A DNA stretch of 64,000 bases, taken from NCBI GenBank assembly GCA_951406725.2, contig OX597817.1, positions 63,364,001 through 63,428,000 on the forward strand, read 5' to 3'. The stretch's first letter is position 1. Every line of letters begins with the position of its first letter. The notes beneath the pieces were generated by a model that was not told the DNA's origin, ran no database searches, and saw nothing but the letters and a program-made list of their open reading frames with translations. Shown piece after piece: positions 25,913 to 40,180 of the stretch. The position numbers and the translations under genes were made by a program. The stretch comes from Octopus vulgaris (taxonomy: Eukaryota).

Positions 25913-27147
25913 AAAGAGAATTAATGTTTTATGGTCTGCAAGGTGATCGATTCAGGCGGCAATCTGACTCAAGAACTCTGGACACAGTGGAAATAGGCAA
26001 AGAAAAACACACAATTGGTTTAGGACTTAAAAATATGATTGAAGGTTTTTATTGCGGTAGCATCAAAGCCGGCTCGTGGAAACCGTTAACATCAACTAAT
26101 GAAAAAAAGAATAAATGAAGTTAACTTCAAAATATGTGCAGACTGGGAAGAAACAATGAGCTTACACTGTCTTAGGCATCTCAGGTTTAGACCAGGCAAA
26201 GTACAAGGCAAGAGATAGTGTTGTGGCGTTCATACTCTGGAAGTTACAACAATATCATTGAAGAATGAAATCAGAAAAAAATGGTATAAACGGACATCGG
26301 AATAAGTATCAGAGGATGACAAAGCGACTATTTTCTGTGATACGTCAGTTCACACACACGCACACACACGCACGCGCGCACGCACGCACGCACGCACACA
26401 TAATGAAGGCTTATATGTCATATTGTTCTCAAAGACACAGGAAATGAAATGATTCGTAATCGAATTATCAGTTTCAACATAGAAAAGAAATGAAAATAAT
26501 TCAAATTTAAAGATCTGGAAATAGAGATAACCAGATTATGAGCACTGAAATCAGAAACAGTTTCCATAAAAAATAGATGTTTGAGATAGATTAAAAAAAA
26601 AGCCAAGCAGTTTATATATAGAATGCTATCACTACGGAAGAAAATTAAAGACATAATCTATTATACACATAACATTTACATAATTCGCAAGACAATAGAC
26701 TGATAAACTATGGAAGGAAATCAAAGATATTATATATTCACGATATTTTTATGTTAATATAACTCATAAAATAACTGACTGATGAATACTGAAATTAAGA
26801 ATTTTTTTCAAACATACAGCTTGGTAGGGAAGCTACTGTAAATTCAAGTCCAGTGATGTACACTTTTCTTTGTTATGAAAATTAAAATGCAGTTTAGCGT
26901 ATTAAGACTTGCTCAGACCTTACACAGTAAGTAATGTTTCTGATAATATCCGCCGAGATCGACTTTACCTTTCATCCTTTCGGGGTCGATAAATTAAGTA
27001 CCAGTTGCGTACTGGGGTCGTTCTAATCGTCTGGCTTGGCTTGGCTTCATCAAAATTTCGGGGCTTGTGTCTTGAGTAGAAAAGAATATTACTGATAATT
27101 TTCGACTTCGTCCTAATTTAAACTAGATTACTTCTTGGCATAATAAT

Positions 27148-27209
27148 AATCTTTAAAATCCTTAAAAATGTTTTAGCCCGAAGGCCGCGGCATTGCTGGG
27201 GCACCACCG

Positions 27210-27215
<6 letters not shown>
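27148..27215 (-). mobile_element. Extreme 3' end of the CR1-like LINE family seen at 40181-41120
   Basis: Reverse complement attcagcggtggtgccccagcaatgccgcggccttcgggctaaaacatttttaaggatt matches 41053-41111. Confidence 0.85.
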
Positions 27216-27257
<42 letters not shown>

Positions 27258-27258
<1 letters not shown>

Positions 27259-27956
27259 CCCTGATGCAGTACCAGGCAGTGGCTCTCATGGCTTCTGATC
27301 TTAACTGATTGGAAGTGTTATCATGTACATTGTTTTGTCTTGGTATAAAAGATGGGCTACAGCAAATATTCTGCTCAGTACCACAGATTTGCTTGTCAGT
27401 TGTTTGACCTTAACCAGTTGAGCATGTCCCTTAGTGGCTGACGATATGTGCATCTCTGATCACAAGCAGAAGTAGTGGGGGAGCATCATAGCCATGTGTT
27501 GAGAGGGATTCTTTGGGGTTTGAATAGTTCACCTCTGGAAACATGGGTGGTTCTTTCAACATCCTTAAACAACCCTTATTCAGGGACCGTTTGAGCGGGA
27601 TGGGTTACTCAACCTGAAGAAAATTCTAACTGGGCCCCACCTGCAAGGTCATGTGCTGTTTATCTTGATATGAGATCACCATGTCGCGCACATATGGTTG
27701 TGATGCATGTGCCTGGTGTACCTTTATCAGACGGGTAGTCATGATGGGTATATTGGGCTTCGTATATTTTACCCCAGTGTCACTTTGATGGCATGAACTG
27801 CTCTCTCACTCAATAATAATAATAATAATAATGATAATAATAATGATGATGATGATGATGATAATGATGATGATGATGATGATGATAATAATAATAATGA
27901 CAATGCTAATAAAAATAATAATAATAATAATGATAATAATCATAAAAATAATAATG

Positions 27957-28023
<67 letters not shown>

Positions 28024-28078
28024 TGATGATGATAATGATGATTATGATGATGATGATGATATGATATGATATGATATG

Positions 28079-28147
<69 letters not shown>

Positions 28148-28708
28148 TTAATAATAATAATAAACGCTCTCATGCAGTACCAGGCAGTAACTCTCATAGC
28201 TTCTGAACTTAACTGGAAGTGTTATCATGTACATTGTTTTGTCATAGTATAAAAGATGGGCTACAGCAAATATTCTGCTCAATACCACAAATTTGCTTGT
28301 CAGTTGTTTGACCTTAACCAGTTGAGCATGTCCCTTAGTGGCTGACGATACGTGCATCTCTGATCACGAGCAGAAGTAGTGGAGGAGCATCATAGCCATG
28401 TGTTGAGAAAGATTCTTAGAGGTTGGATAATTCACCTTCGGAAATATGGGTGTTTCATTCAACATTCTTAAACAATCTTTATTCAGTGACCTTTTGAGCG
28501 AGATGGGTGACTCAACCTGAAGAAAATTCTAACTGGGCTCCACCTGCAAGGTCGTGCGCTGTTTATCTTGATATGAGATCACCATGTCATGCACATATGG
28601 TGCCTGATGTACCCTTATCAGACGGGTAGTTACGATGGGTATACTGGGCTTCGGATATTTTACCCCAGTGTCACTTTGATGGCATGCGTTGCTGTCTCAC
28701 TCAATGAT

Positions 28709-28784
<76 letters not shown>

Positions 28785-29338
28785 GCCCTGATGCAGTACC
28801 AGGCAGTGGCTCTCATGGCTTCTGATCTTAACTGATTGGAAGTGTTATCATGTACATTGTTTTGTCTTGGTATAAAAGATGGGCTACAGCAAATATTCTG
28901 CTCAATACCACAGATTTGCTTGTCAGTTGTTTGACCTTAACCAGTTGAGCATATCCCTTAGTGACTGACGATATGTGCATCTCTGATCACGAGCAGAAGT
29001 AGTGGGGGAGCATCATAGCCATGTGTTGAGAGGGATTCTTTGGGGTTTGAATAATTCACCTCTGGAAACATGGGTGGTTCTTTCAACATCCTTAAACAAC
29101 CCTTATTCAGGGACCGTTTGAGCGGGATGGGCTACTCAACATGAAGAAAATTCTAACTGGGCCCCACCTGCAAGGTCATGTGCTGTTTATCTTGATATGA
29201 GATCACCATGTCGCACGCATATGGTTGTGATGCATGTGCCTGGTGTACCTTTATCAGACGGGTAGTCATGATGGGTATATTGGGCTTCGTATATTTTACC
29301 CCAGTGTCACTTTGATGGCATGAACTGCTCTCTCACTC

Positions 29339-29393
<55 letters not shown>

Positions 29394-29614
29394 CCTACTA
29401 TAAGCACAAACCTGAAATTTGGGGGGAGGGAACCAATCGATTAGATCGACACCTGTATGCAACTGGTACTTAATTTATCGACCTCAAAAGGATAAATGGC
29501 AAAGTCGATTTCGGCGGAATTTGAACTCAGTGCGTAGCGGCAGACGAAATGCCACTAGCACTTCGCCCGGCGTGCTAAGGATTCTGCCACTTCACCGTAT
29601 TATTACTACTACTC

Positions 29615-29689
<75 letters not shown>

Positions 29690-30246
29690 ATAATAATAAT
29701 AATGATGATAATATCCTGACGCAATACCAGGCACTGCCTCATAGGTTCTGATCTTAACTGACTAGAAGTGGTATCATACGCATGTTTTGTCTTAGCATAA
29801 AAGATGAGTTATAGCAAATATTCTGCTCAATACCACAGATTTGCTTTTCAAGTGTTGACCATAACCAGTTGAACATGTCCCTTGGTGGCCGACAATATGT
29901 GCATCTCTGATTACAAGCCGAAGTAGTGGGGGAGCATTATAGCCATATGTTGAGAATAATTCTTTGGGGTTTGAATAATTCACCACTGGAAACATGGGTG
30001 TTTCGTTCAACATCCTTAAACAACCCTCATTCAGGAACCTTTTGAGCGGAATGGGCTACTCGACCTGAAGAAAATTCTAACTGGTCCCCACCTGCATGAT
30101 CATGCCCTGTTTATCTTGATATGGGATCACCATGTCGCGCACATATGGTTGTGATACATGTGCCTGGTGTACCCTTATCTGACAGGTAGTCATGTTGAGT
30201 ATATTGAGCTTTGTATATTTGCATCCCAGTATTCCTTTGATAGCAT
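27258..30246 (+). repeat. Four same-orientation copies of a ~555-bp non-coding element separated by (AAT)n: 27258-27811, 28166-28702, 28785-29338, 29713-30246
   Basis: Copies start at or near gccctgatgcagtaccaggca; copies 1-3 end ..tctcactc(aat)n and copy 4 is 3'-shortened. Copies 1 and 3 differ at about 9 positions; copies 2 and 4 are more diverged. Strand is inferred from G-U stems. Confidence 0.9.
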
Positions 30247-30930
30247 AATAATAATAACAATAATTTCAACTAGCAATAACCACGCCTCAGATAACCCTCA
30301 TTGGCTATGGTACCGCCTCTATTGCTTCTAACTTTTAATACAAGACGCGTCATATAGTTTCGCTAGGAGCTTGCAATGGGTTCTACGAATATGTTTTGTG
30401 GACCAAGTATTTCCTACACATGGATTGCATCACAATAGTTATTACTGCAATTCATTCTTATTTCAATGACTCAGCTAGACAATGAAACACTCATTAAAAA
30501 TCTAATTTTCAAACTTTCTTTAGTAGCAAACTACTCTTCTTATGCATAACTTCTTATTTCACTGTAATAGAACAAAACATTCTTATTACAAACGCATTGT
30601 TTCTTTATATATGATTACTGAAAGAACTGAATTCGAGGACAAGATGGAAGTAAACAGTCAGGCTGTTGATAAATATACTTTTATGTTCTTATGAATAGTT
30701 ATCAGTAAAACAATTTATTGCAAAACTAAGCACATTAAATAGTTTAGGTTACGCACTGTTTACGATTGGTAAGATATCGGAACGCAATCCTCTTGATAAT
30801 ACCAAATGACATCTTCAACACTTAAAGCATAGAATTACTTCTGCCTTATGAAATGCTTCAGGCCTAAGTATAATGCTATTTTCTGAGACATTTTGTTACA
30901 TACAGGAACACATTAAATTGATATACGCGA

Positions 30931-31007
<77 letters not shown>

Positions 31008-31290
31008 CGCTTCTACATACGCATACACACACAAACGTATATACTCTCTCTTTCCCTTCTTTTACTTGTACATACTTAGTACCTTTTAGCAGAATTACTA
31101 ATCGAAGCTGTGTATCCAACAGAAAGATTGTCCAAAGTAAGCAGATTTTTACGATCCCTTTATATCACTTTATGAATGTGGGGAACTATCTAATTTATTA
31201 CCTATTATTTTAATTCATACATTAGTGGATTCTCTTGTAGGTCAATACAGACATATACTCACATTAGAGGACACTCTTATAGATGAACAC

Positions 31291-31321
<31 letters not shown>

Positions 31322-31623
31322 CGTCCGCTTGTGTTTGAATTCATGCACGTTGCAATTTGAGAGGATTAGCAATAGTGAAGAGGATCAATTTCCAGAAGCT
31401 TTAACTTATAAGTCCCGAGTTCGCTTTCCTTCTGTCAAACTATGCTGTTATCTAGGATAAAAACTAAGTGTTGCTACTACTTTCTTGGTAACATAATTAT
31501 CTCGGAGATAGTTGTTTAGTGGGTCGTCATTTTAATAGGTCAAATCATTGTTAGTAGCATATGACGTTAGGTAGGCTGCGGTAAAAGTGAAAATTAACAC
31601 TAATGATAATATATGCTTCCATA

Positions 31624-32029
31624 GGGTGGCGAGCTGGCAGAAACGTTAGCACGCCGGGCGAAATGCGTAGCCGTATTTCGTCTGTCGTTACGTCGTGAGT
31701 TCAAATTCCGCCGAGGTCGACTTTGCCTTTCCTCCTTTCGGGGTCGATTAATTAAGTACCAGTTACGCACTGGTGTCGACGTAATCGACTTAATACCTAT
31801 GTTTGCCCCCTCTATGTTTAGCCCCTTGTGGGTAATAAAGAAATAGATATTTCGTCTGCTGCTACGTTCTGAGTTCAAATTCCGTCGAGGTCGACTTTGC
31901 CTTTCATCCTTTCGGGGTCGATTAAATAAGTACCAGTTACGCACTGGGGTCGATATAATCGACTTAATCCGTTTGTCTGTCCTTGTTTGTCCTCTCTGTG
32001 TTTAGCCCCTTGTGGGTAGTAAAGAAATG
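31624..32029 (+). mobile_element. Dimeric SINE A with 19-bp TSD
   Basis: Full monomer plus a 5'-shortened monomer; gataatatatgcttccata at 31605-31623 and 32030-32048. Confidence 0.92.
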
Positions 32030-33209
32030 GATAATATATGCTTCCATATTCTTTATCACTCGGAACAATTGCATTTACATATATTCAACAATTATTTGAC
32101 TGAAACAGCTTACAATAGTGAATGCAATTGTTAAATGACTTTATTGCATAAAACAATTTAATCATTGGTATGAAAATCGTTATCAAATACAAGATAAATA
32201 GAAAGAGTGAGAATACCTTATTACAAAACTAATCAACAGAGTTCTGTGTAGCACCTGAGTTTGTTCTGTTTGGGATTTAAATATTCCACCTTTATATAAC
32301 ATTTGGCCAAGCTTTTTTTTTGATTTTCGACAGAAACTTCACAAGCTTACTTTCAAGCTGATCTGATTGGTTGAACCATTGACGGACGGCACCATACTTA
32401 TATCTTCCCATAGACCAAGTATAAAACAATGTTAAAAAGCAATATGGAAGGAATTCTCAAAATAACAAATATGCTTCCTCCAAAATGTTAGTGACATTCT
32501 ATCCCTTTGCGTTCGTACAGATACCCCCCCCACAAAAAAAAACAATGAGTGAGAAAACGGATCCTTGTTGTATTATATACGGGAAATGACATGTTTGGAA
32601 TTACTGTTTGGAATTGCTGTTGTACATACTTCTAGCCAGTATCTTGTGTTCATTCTTCAGGTGTTGAGTATTATATGTACAAGTAAGTAGTGGAATAGGA
32701 AGTCGAAAACCTACTGATGTCGATGGTAGTTGAATGATGCCCATGGGTTCTTGTCGTTGTAGTCTTCATGTATACTTAGTAGCATATCCATACTGTGATT
32801 TCAACTTGGAAATTTTTGGATTCCAAACACGAAGAGTTGTAATCGGCATATTGCCACACGAGTAAAAATCTGAGCAATGGCTTTCTAGGAATCTTTCATG
32901 CAAAGAATTTCCGCTGATTCTGTTTCGACAATCTGACTTCCAGCAAAACCCGAACACTATACTATGCTAAACATTGTATATCCCTACATGATTTTGTGAA
33001 ATGAACTCTATTTTTCTATTCTGTGTAAGGTTTATGAGCATTAAGGTTTCTGAGCAAGGTTTATGAGCATTTTGATGGCCGAGCGTTGTATATGCCTCTT
33101 TCTATAATGCTGTCCGGGAATATATGAAATCGATGTAGTTGGGTCTATAGCTTGATGGGACAGCTGGTGAAATCGGCGGTGGTATCTATATATTTACGAA
33201 GTTACTATC

Positions 33210-33455
33210 TCTTTTACTCTTTTACTTATTTCAGTCATTTGACTGTGGCCATGCTGGAGCATCGCATTTAATCGAATAAATCGACCCCAGCACTTATTCT
33301 TTATAAGCATAGTTCCGTCTACCAAATCCACTCGCTAGGGTTTGGTCGGCCCGAGGCTATAGTAGAAGACACTTGCCCAAGGTGCCACGCAGTGGGACTG
33401 AACCAGGAACCATGTGGCTGGTAAGCAAGCTACTTACCACACAGCTACTCCTACG
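33210..33455 (-). mobile_element. SINE family B, internally deleted
   Basis: Head and tail joined without the central microsatellite region. Confidence 0.85.
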
Positions 33456-34327
33456 TCTAACATATTTCATGTTGGCTTTCATTTAAAATATGAGTTGTCA
33501 CGACCTTTTAATAGTTGAATATCTTTTGAGGTATGTCAATGGCTTGGTGGTCTAGTTTAATGGATAAATAATTTACAATTTGGACCGTCCAATTTCGGAC
33601 TTGAATTTCGTTTCTTCTATCACAGAGACGTGTATGTTACGCGTGAGTATAACATATTTTCGTTTGGGATCTTTTCAGTTTGGCCTCCAATTTTCGAAAA
33701 TTTAAAGTTTATTGAAAATTTTATAACTTGGTATATTAATGTAGTTTTCCAAGCTGAATCACAAGAGATATTTCACTTTTCAAGAAAAAAAAGAAAAAAG
33801 TTATAGAAGTTTAAAGTTTAAATTTTCACTCAGTCAGAAAACAGGATTTGGAAGCTGTCATTTTGTGCGTGACAGTACGTGTTGTCAACTCTAAACAAAT
33901 GAAATACTAGTGGAATTTATAAACTTTGAAAAAAATAACATCAATCAATTATGTCTATAAAGATGATCAAATAAATTATATAAATCTAAGTGATAGAATG
34001 TTATGTTTGATAACGAAATATAGATACATTAATAAGCCCTATTAATTAATTGGTGAGAAGGAGGAGGAGGAGGAGTAGGAGGAGAAAAAGAAAAGCAACG
34101 AGAAGAAATAAAATAGGTCACAAAATATCAACAAGGTAAATTACCCGAGGTTCTCCTAACATTTTATTAAATTTATAGCTTACCTAGATTCGTTAGAAAG
34201 CTCTTCAATAATATCAGATAACCAAGAAAAATAAATAATGAAACTATTTCAAGGAGGAACAACAACTATTACAACAATTACAACAAGAACAATTATCGCA
34301 ACAACAATAAAATATTTGACAAAACGT

Positions 34328-34416
<89 letters not shown>

Positions 34417-34498
34417 CCACCACCACCACCACCACCACCACCACCACCACCACCACCACCACCACCACCACCACCACCACCACCACCACCACCACCAC
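34328..34498. repeat. Compound microsatellite (AAC)n(CAC)n
   Basis: Direct reading. Confidence 0.95.
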
Positions 34499-35246
34499 TA
34501 TAATTATTATAATGATTTTATTCTGATAGTTTTCTAAATAATTAAAAAAAAAAAATTATTTTCAATTTTAACGAGTCTGCCAGTCAATCTTCATCGTAAA
34601 TTAACAAATTTTGTATTAATTACGGCATTGGGAAAGCTGCAAGGAGAAAAACAAAAATAAATACATTTATAAAAGTCAACAGGAAAGGAAATAAATGCCA
34701 AAAGAATTGTAGTGACTTTGATAATTTTTATGAAAGTTTGCTCTCGGCATTATAATCTATATTGCAATAGCAGGAAGTGACGTAATTTAGAATATTTGTG
34801 TGTGTGTGTGTGTTATATTTGTGGGTGTTTGGTGTGTATGTATGTGTGTGTATGAGTGTGTGTGCGTGTGTGCATATATGCCAACGAGAGCATATATGCA
34901 CATTGCAACTCGGCCTTTATGCAGATTGTCTGTGCATTCTTTTATATGTACGTATGATGTGCGTATATGCATGTGTATCTGAGCGCACTCGCGTATATGT
35001 TTTTGTGTTTCATGGTGTGTATGTGTGTGTAGAATTGTGTATGCAACGTATATTTTAAGGCCCCTAGATATTAGCGTGTGTTTGTAGATAAGTGTATAGT
35101 ATTTATGCATGCATGCATGCATATAAGTATCTACGCATCCTTTCATGAATTATGCATGTAAGAATGTATGAGCGTATGTATGCATATATGGATACATGCA
35201 TACATACATATATACATTCATAGATACGTATATATACATACATGCA

Positions 35247-35363
<117 letters not shown>

Positions 35364-35673
35364 ACGTGTACGTATGTATATTTATGTTTGTATGTACGTA
35401 GCTGTATATGCGTATATGTATGTACGTATGTCTACATACATATATGTATGTATGTACGTATGTATGTATGTATGTATGTATGTATGTATGTATGTATGTA
35501 TGTATGTATGTATGTATTGTATAGACATATGGATGGATGGATAACTGCATCTCTGTAGGCACGAATGTATATATTAGAATTGTGATTATGAATATTTTCA
35601 GCATCTTAACTGGATCTATGTTCAAAAGTACATATAACTGTCTTTCTGTATGGCTTTGTGTTCGTGCGGTGTG

Positions 35674-35733
<60 letters not shown>

Positions 35734-37016
35734 TAATGAATATGCATGTATGATCCAACAAATGAAAGAAAAGAGACAGAGAGACTGAGAGACAGAGAAG
35801 CAGAAACAGAGAGGTAGAGACAAAAATTGCTAGGTAGAGATAGATAGAGATAGAGATAGGGAGAGAAGGAGAGAGAAGAGAGAGGTATGTATATGTGTAT
35901 GCACACTTTTTAATTTTATATTCGGCTTTTATATGCATTTCTTGTGTGCTGGAGTGTGCGTGTGTGTGTATGTAGATAGATAGATAGATGAAGAAGGAGA
36001 AAAAGAGAGAGAGAGAGTGAGAGAGAGTGAGAGAGAGAGAAAGAGAGAGAGAGAGTGTGAGAGAGAGAGAGAAAGAGCGAGAGAATGGGTGAGAGATTCA
36101 TACAGGCTGCAAGGAGTACTTCAGGACACTTAATTATCAGTATATTACTCTCTTCAAACCAATTAAAATATTAAAAAAATTTTCTTTCGATTCACCCATG
36201 GCAGATAATATGCTAAGACAAGAAATGAAAAGACATACAATTCATTGTTGCCAAATGTATGGAAGAAAGCGAGTTAGAAATTGTCAGAATTCTAAATGTT
36301 ACAAGATCTTCTGTACACTAAGGTCGGATGGAATTGGACGACATTGGCAGGAATAAAAAAAAACCCAAAATAAAAGAAAATCCATTCCAAACGTTCGGAT
36401 TCTCTAAAGACACCGCAATATGTATAAAGTATTAATAAAGTATAGAAAATATATTTCGTATTTTATGCTTTATAAAACATACACGGGTTTCGACGGATTA
36501 ACCGATAGGATTACACAATTGTAATCTTATTAATTTACCTCATCAGTATTTTGCAAAACAACATAGAAAGTGTAATGTAAAAGCTGCTCAATATATGTCC
36601 CCGTCAGACAAATTGGCAACAATAGCAATGGAGTGATGGGACACAGGTTGACTTGATAGTAGAAGATGGTAAAGAGAATAAATTCGAAGCCACGCTCTTT
36701 CATACCCAAATGAATAGATAGAAATGGAAAATTTGAAAATGTGATTTTTGAAAATTGTTTTTCAGAATCGGACCCTCCATAACCAAAAACGTGGGATACC
36801 GTAAAAAATCAATGTATATACATTTTACCCGAAGTTATGACGGAAAAATCGGATCTTGTGAAATTTCCGAAAGTACCCCATGGTCGTCAGCGCGCATTTT
36901 TTATTCATGAAAAGCCTATCATTTATCCGAGGTCAAAATTATTCCTGCATCACGAGTATGAAAGCAATATGTGAAACCCTTTTCGCGTGAAAAGCGAATA
37001 CACATACATCTCTATT

Positions 37017-37070
<54 letters not shown>

Positions 37071-37106
37071 GGGACAAACACAGACACACAAACATACACA
37101 CACATA

Positions 37107-37147
<41 letters not shown>

Positions 37148-37582
37148 TGTGTGTGTATGTTTGTGTGTCTGTGTTTGTACATATATGTGTGTGTATGTTT
37201 GTGTGTCTGTGTTTGTCCCCCACCATCACCTCACAACCGATGTTGGTGTGTTTACGTCCCCGTAACTTAGCGGTTCAGCAAAAACGACCGATAGGATAAG
37301 TGCTAGGCTTACAAAGAATAAGTCCTGGGATCGATTTGTACGACTAAAGGCGGTGATACAGCATGGCCGCAGTCAAATGGCTGAAACAAATAAAAGAATA
37401 AAGGAATATATATATATGTTTGAGTTAGACCTATTGCTGTTGCTGCTTATAGTTGCTTACTGAGTAAGAGGAGTGGATAGACGCATTACTGAGAAATTAA
37501 AGAAAATGTGAATATTCTCCTTCAGGGCTTTCTTATTTTTCTCGTCATAAGAGAATTATTTCCATATTTCCATATAATTCAC

Positions 37583-37662
<80 letters not shown>

Positions 37663-37689
37663 TACCGTCATGACGTACAACGTGTTCTA

Positions 37690-38254
37690 ATGGGTTGTCC
37701 GGAAAGTTCGTGCCGATTTATAGTAGCTTACCTTTCAACTTATTTTAGAACATGGTTAAGTCCATAGAATAGGATTTGACTAACCTCCATTTAGAGCACA
37801 GTTCAAGTTATCTTTTCGTGGAAGAAGATTTATGTTTCTATAACCTGTGTTAATTCTGTAACCCTTTAAAATGGAAGATAAGAAAGTTCATTTTCGGCAC
37901 TTGATGCTTTGGGAACCAGACAAAAATTGTTGCAGCTCGGCTAGAATGTGTTACCCCACCCTCCATATTCACCAGATATTGCTCCTTCGGATTTCCACTT
38001 ATTTAGGTCTCTTCAGAATAGTTTTAATGGTAAAAATTTCAATTCCTTGGATGACGTAAAAAGATACCTTCATGAATTCTTTGCCATGAAACCACCTCAA
38101 TTCTGAGAAGAGGGTATTTTCAAGTTAAAGGAAAGATGGAGACGCACTGTGCAACAAAATGGTTCATATTTGATTGATTAAAAATGTAATGGCAAGTATT
38201 TATTGACCTTTTTCTTTCCTTTAAAAATCAGCACGAACTTTCCGGACAACCCAA
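37690..38254 (+). mobile_element. Internally deleted mariner (565 bp, MITE-like)
   Basis: TIR tgggttgtccggaaagttcgtgc / gcacgaactttccggacaaccca with TA TSD. The N-terminus MEDKKVHFRHLMLWE is fused to the C-terminal LPHPPYSPDIAPSDFHLFRSL..RWRRTVQQNGSYLID*. Confidence 0.92.
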
Positions 38255-38316
38255 TATTTGATCTTTTAAAAGTCTGACCATAGCCGATTTCTTTCAGAGA
38301 GAGAAAGAGAAAGATA

Positions 38317-38388
<72 letters not shown>

Positions 38389-38573
38389 AAGAGAGTGAGA
38401 AAGAGAAAGAAAAAAGAGAAGAATAAATTCTTAGTATAGGACTCAAGTTTTATTTACGACCTTGGAAAGATAAGAAGCAATAGTTGAACACGGCGGTATT
38501 TGAACGAATACTTTCAGGCAATCATTCCAACGCTCCAACAAATTTCTCAGTTCTCTGCCTATCCATACATGCA

Positions 38574-38607
<34 letters not shown>

Positions 38608-38749
38608 CATACATACATACATGCATGCATGCATGCATGCATACATACATACATACATACATACATACATACATACATACGCATTCACATATCAACAATT
38701 ACATACCTATATATAGATATATTACATATATATATATTCTTTTTGTTCT

Positions 38750-39012
38750 TTTTATTTGTTTCAGTCATTTGACTGCGGCCATGCTGGAGCACCGCCTTTT
38801 AGTCGAACAAATCAATCCCAGGATTTATTGTTTGTAAGTCTAGTACATATTATATCGGTATCTTTTGCCGAGCCGCTAAGTTACCGGGACGTAAACACAC
38901 CAACATCGACTGTCATGCATGGTGGGGAGGACAAACACGACACACAATCACACGCACACACACAAACCTATACACACACATACGTATACATACATACATA
39001 CATATATATATA

Positions 39013-39067
<55 letters not shown>

Positions 39068-39165
39068 GGCGGGCTTCTTTCAGTTTGCGTTTACCAAATC
39101 CACTCACAAAGCTTTGGTCGGCCCGAGGCTATAGTAGAAAACACTTGCCCAAGGTGCCACGCAGT
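38750..39165 (-). mobile_element. SINE family B (a further partial + strand copy lies at 37068-37398)
   Basis: Family B motifs. Confidence 0.85.
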
Positions 39166-39733
39166 CGGTTATGATTTATAAATCATAAATCATAAATGAA
39201 CCCAAAAATCAGTGGCAAGCTAGAACCGTAACAAGTTTCTTTTTTCCTGATGTCTTTGTAGCTTCTAAGCTGAAGTAAAAACAGCATGGACTTTGTCGGT
39301 CTTCTTACCCTCTTAAAGGATTTAAGTAAAATTACACAAATGTGTCCGACTGTTTAAATTAATTCTATTTATTTATTTATGCAGCTGAGGATAGCTGTAC
39401 ATTTAAATTTATATAATGATTAAATTGTTCAATTAAATGGAGTCGCTTGAAACTGTCGTACAGCTCACCTCTCGATATCCTGTTGCTTATTTTGATTTTA
39501 TTTACCTTATTTTGAAATAGCAAGGATAATACTGCACTAATTTTTGACGCCTCAACTCAAGTACCTAATTCATCTGAATCTCAATTATTTTACTTATATA
39601 GATAGATAGATAGACAGATAAATACATAGATATAGCATATATAATATAAACATGTAAAATACATACATATATACGTACACATATCATACACACACACACA
39701 CACCTGCACACACACACACCTGCACACACACAC

Positions 39734-39796
<63 letters not shown>

Positions 39797-39844
39797 AATG
39801 TGTGTGTCTGTGTGGGCATGTGTATATCATGCTGGTCACAGAAG

Positions 39845-39879
<35 letters not shown>

Positions 39880-39889
39880 CCTCATGTGT

Positions 39890-40074
39890 ACCGTTGGCGA
39901 TTTTTTTCCTCTGTCTTCCCTTCTCTGGATCTTTCCTTCTCCTATGTTTCCGACGAAGAGCTCCACTCGAAACGTTAGACCCTCCTTCTTTCCTTCTTTC
40001 CTGAGCGTCCAATAATACTATATTTGTTCCACGTCCTCGCGTTGTTGTGTTTTTTTGTGCTTTCTTGTTTGGAT

Positions 40075-40080
<6 letters not shown>
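39890..40080 (+). mobile_element. Penelope-like pLTR fragment with degenerate minimal hammerhead (39946-39980)
   Basis: gttt-cCgacga-agagctccactc-gaaacgtt-agac; same family as 58875-58996; lies next to (TA)n. Confidence 0.6.
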
Positions 40081-40137
<57 letters not shown>

Positions 40138-40180
40138 GCATTAAACTGCATATTGTTGTCCTCAGCCATGTATATATATA

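Noticed and set aside
27258-30246. CRISPR-like or satellite array; also a CUGACGA motif at ~27438
   Set aside because: Units are ~555 bp with microsatellite spacers in a eukaryotic context. The CUGACGA is not followed by a correctly placed GAAA and stem III, so it is not a hammerhead.
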